DNA from: Lingula anatina
Lineage: Eukaryota > Animalia > Brachiopoda
Reading direction: 5' to 3'
DNA length: 64,000 nucleotides
Assembly: GCA_051362555.1 (NCBI GenBank)
Contig: CM120647.1
Location: forward strand, 12,252,651 to 12,316,650
Shown here: positions 61,611 through 64,000 of the stretch, piece after piece
How the letters are laid out: every line of letters starts with the position of its first letter
Position numbering within the stretch: position 1 is the first letter of the stretch
Made by a program: the position numbers and the translations under genes
The notes under the pieces: model-generated
The model's database searches: none
What the model was told of the DNA's origin: nothing
Seen by the model: only the letters and a program-made list of their open reading frames with translations

Positions 61611-63469
61611 TGGCAACGAGAAATTATGAACGAGGAAGAACCTCAAGCAGTGGATTTGACTCATATACCAGTTTTTCCACCATTCTACATCAGAAAGGAG
61701 CCTAATGCTGTTTTTAAAAGATGAGGGAAGAGGAAGGAAAGGTTTGAAAATCTAATGGTTGCATTGAACATCAAAAACTCACAACAAAAGAGGGCCATAC
61801 TTTTACATTTCGCTGGCGAATACTTTTTGAATGTTTTATAGAATCTGTCAGACACAACGGCATCATATAAGGTTGCTGTAGCTGCTTTTGGACAGTACGT
61901 AAGACTTCATTATAATCCCGAATTTGAATTTTTCAAAGCACTTAACAAAAAGCACTAAAGAAGCACTAACAAGAAGGTAGTGAAATAATTTATGCGTACC
62001 ATATCAGGTTAAGACAACTAGGGGTCAACTGTGGTTTTGAGAACTAGGACAGATATATTAAGTCGCAAATTACTCAGGGATGTGTATCTCATTGGTTGAT
62101 TAGTAAAGCTCTCATTTAGCAGACTCTCACACTGAATTACTTGCCAACACATGCTAGAGCCTTAAAACTATCAGGGCACAGGTCGCATGTTATGGAGGGC
62201 GATTCCAGTCCAACCACAGTCTATAACGTGAAAAAGTCAGCCCAAGCATTACCCAAACAACAGAAGCCAAGACATAACAAATCCAAAACGCAGCCAAAAC
62301 ATGGTTCCAGAGAGTGTCGGTTCTGCGCTGGAGAGTACCCACACAACGGAGTTTGTCCTGCCAAGGGGAATATCTGCAAAAAGTGTAACAAGTTGAACCA
62401 TTGCCCAATCAAGTGCAGAAGCAAAGAAACCAAAACAAAACATGTTCAGGCTCATATCAGTACTATATATGATAATGAATGTAACAAGTATCTTCACAGT
62501 CTGTTCACTTTGAGCTAGATACTGGTGCGTCTGTCATGTTGATTGGTCAAGATTTGTATGAATCAAAGTTTAAAAAAATTACCCTTTACGTCAATCTGAT
62601 TTGCACCTCACATCTTATTGCAGCAGTCCTTTCAGTAAATTGCGGGAAATTACAGTCACAGTACGTTACAATGACCAGTCTGTAGACCTACCATTAGCAG
62701 TGGTGAAGGGATATAAGCCTGCAACTGTTGAGGCAAAATTAGTTAGAGAAAATATTGGATCGGTCAAGCATCTTTTCTGTACAGAGTAACCCAAAGTTAA
62801 AGCGACTTCTGCCTCAATGCAAAGTTGTATTTGCTTCAATTCAAGGGTCAATCAAAGGTTTGAAGCGGATGTTTACATTCCTTAAGGTATAACTCCCATA
62901 TTCAATAAAGCTTATAATGTAGCCTACCCACTGCAAGATAAGGTGGAATCTCAGCTGTTGGATGCAGTTGAGGAGGGTCATTATACCAAATTAGAAAGTA
63001 CTAAATGGTCACTGTTATAAAACCATAAGGGGTTCTGACGTTGTGTGGTGATTATAAGGTCACACTGAATACAGTACTACATGTAGATAAAGAACCATAT
63101 CCACTCCCAACTTTTCAGTCCATGCTTGCTTAAAATGCAAAAGGAAAATTCAGATCTAAGATAGATTTGCACCAAGCATTTTTCCAGTTGAAACTTAGTG
63201 AAAAATCAGAACAGTATCTCATGATTAACCCTTTGATTGGTTTGTTACGCCCAGGACGAATGTCGTATGGTATTACGACTGCGCAGCAGCAGTTCCAACT
63301 TGTTATAGAACAAGTTTTAGATGGTATGGAGGAGGCTGCTTGTTCAATTGATGATATACTCGTCACCACTGATACTGTGGAAAAACAGTACATGGCACTA
63401 CAACGTGTGCTGCAGAGACTTCGTCACTTCAATATTCGTGCACGTTCGTCAAAGTGTAGTTTTATTTAA
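61611..63469 (+). mobile_element. Decayed Ty3/Gypsy element, copy B
   Basis: Paralogous to 35118-37210 (PBS, CCHC knuckles, ELDTGAS, IDDILV) and shares disabling stops with copy A. Confidence 0.9.
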
Positions 63470-64000
63470 GCATCCCCAGAAATGCACTGCATGACGTCAC
63501 GCTTAGCCCACTGCGCATGCGTGCACTTTAAATGAGTTGCTAGATTGCCATAGGAAAATGAAATGGTTCGCGATTCGTGGGTAATTCGTGATAATTGACA
63601 AACTAACGGCCTGATGCCGATAGACAGCAACGCTGTGCTATGCTTTAAGTAACTCCTGACCATATATCGCTAGGGTTTTTAAAAAAAATTCTGTTGTACA
63701 CAGGTACTAAGAAGTTTGCCGTGTATGCCTAGCCTATCTCAGCAAAACGCACATATTTTCAGAAATAGTGATTTTAGACGGTAGATTCACTCAGAAACAA
63801 AGGCAAACTAATTCGTTGCCGATAGCACCAGCAGATAGCAACACCATACAGAGTCTGATTAAAAACTTTCATGGCAATTGAAGAACTTTTACCACTGAAC
63901 ATTGAAGTTCAAAAAAGCACTTGGCACAAATGTAAAACTGCCCAGTGCAAGGCCAAGAAGTCAATCAGTATTTTCAATCATATTATCAGATTCTACATAA
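63470..64000. mobile_element. Left end of an unidentified insertion interrupting the Gypsy copy
   Basis: Homology to unit A stops abruptly at a TTAA site (63466-63469). The other end lies outside the window. Confidence 0.4.

Overview
Eukaryotic, AT-rich, transposon-dense genomic DNA from an invertebrate animal; the repeat types suggest a mollusc or other lophotrochozoan (inference). Positions 255-17093 hold the last 18 coding exons of CAND1 on the + strand. The rest of the window is a diverged tandem duplication (unit A ~18.6-37.5 kb, unit B ~37.5 to >63.5 kb). Each unit carries an upstream satellite array, an intact six-exon gene and a decayed Gypsy element. The gene encodes a predicted type I membrane protein: signal peptide, SRCR domain, ~100 Gly-X-Y triplets dominated by GTG-GPP, a Lys-rich collagen segment, a Thr-rich stalk, one TM helix and a short tail ending in a PDZ-type motif. 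This is the domain set of class A scavenger receptors (MARCO/SR-A) in reversed order and topology. Introns contain Tc1/mariner, Harbinger, Kolobok, hAT-like, Helentron-type, L2/CR1 and Penelope-like elements, one with a minimal hammerhead ribozyme. Six CAND1 splice donors are tandemly duplicated into their introns. All gene models were built by hand from GT-AG phases; no database searches were run.
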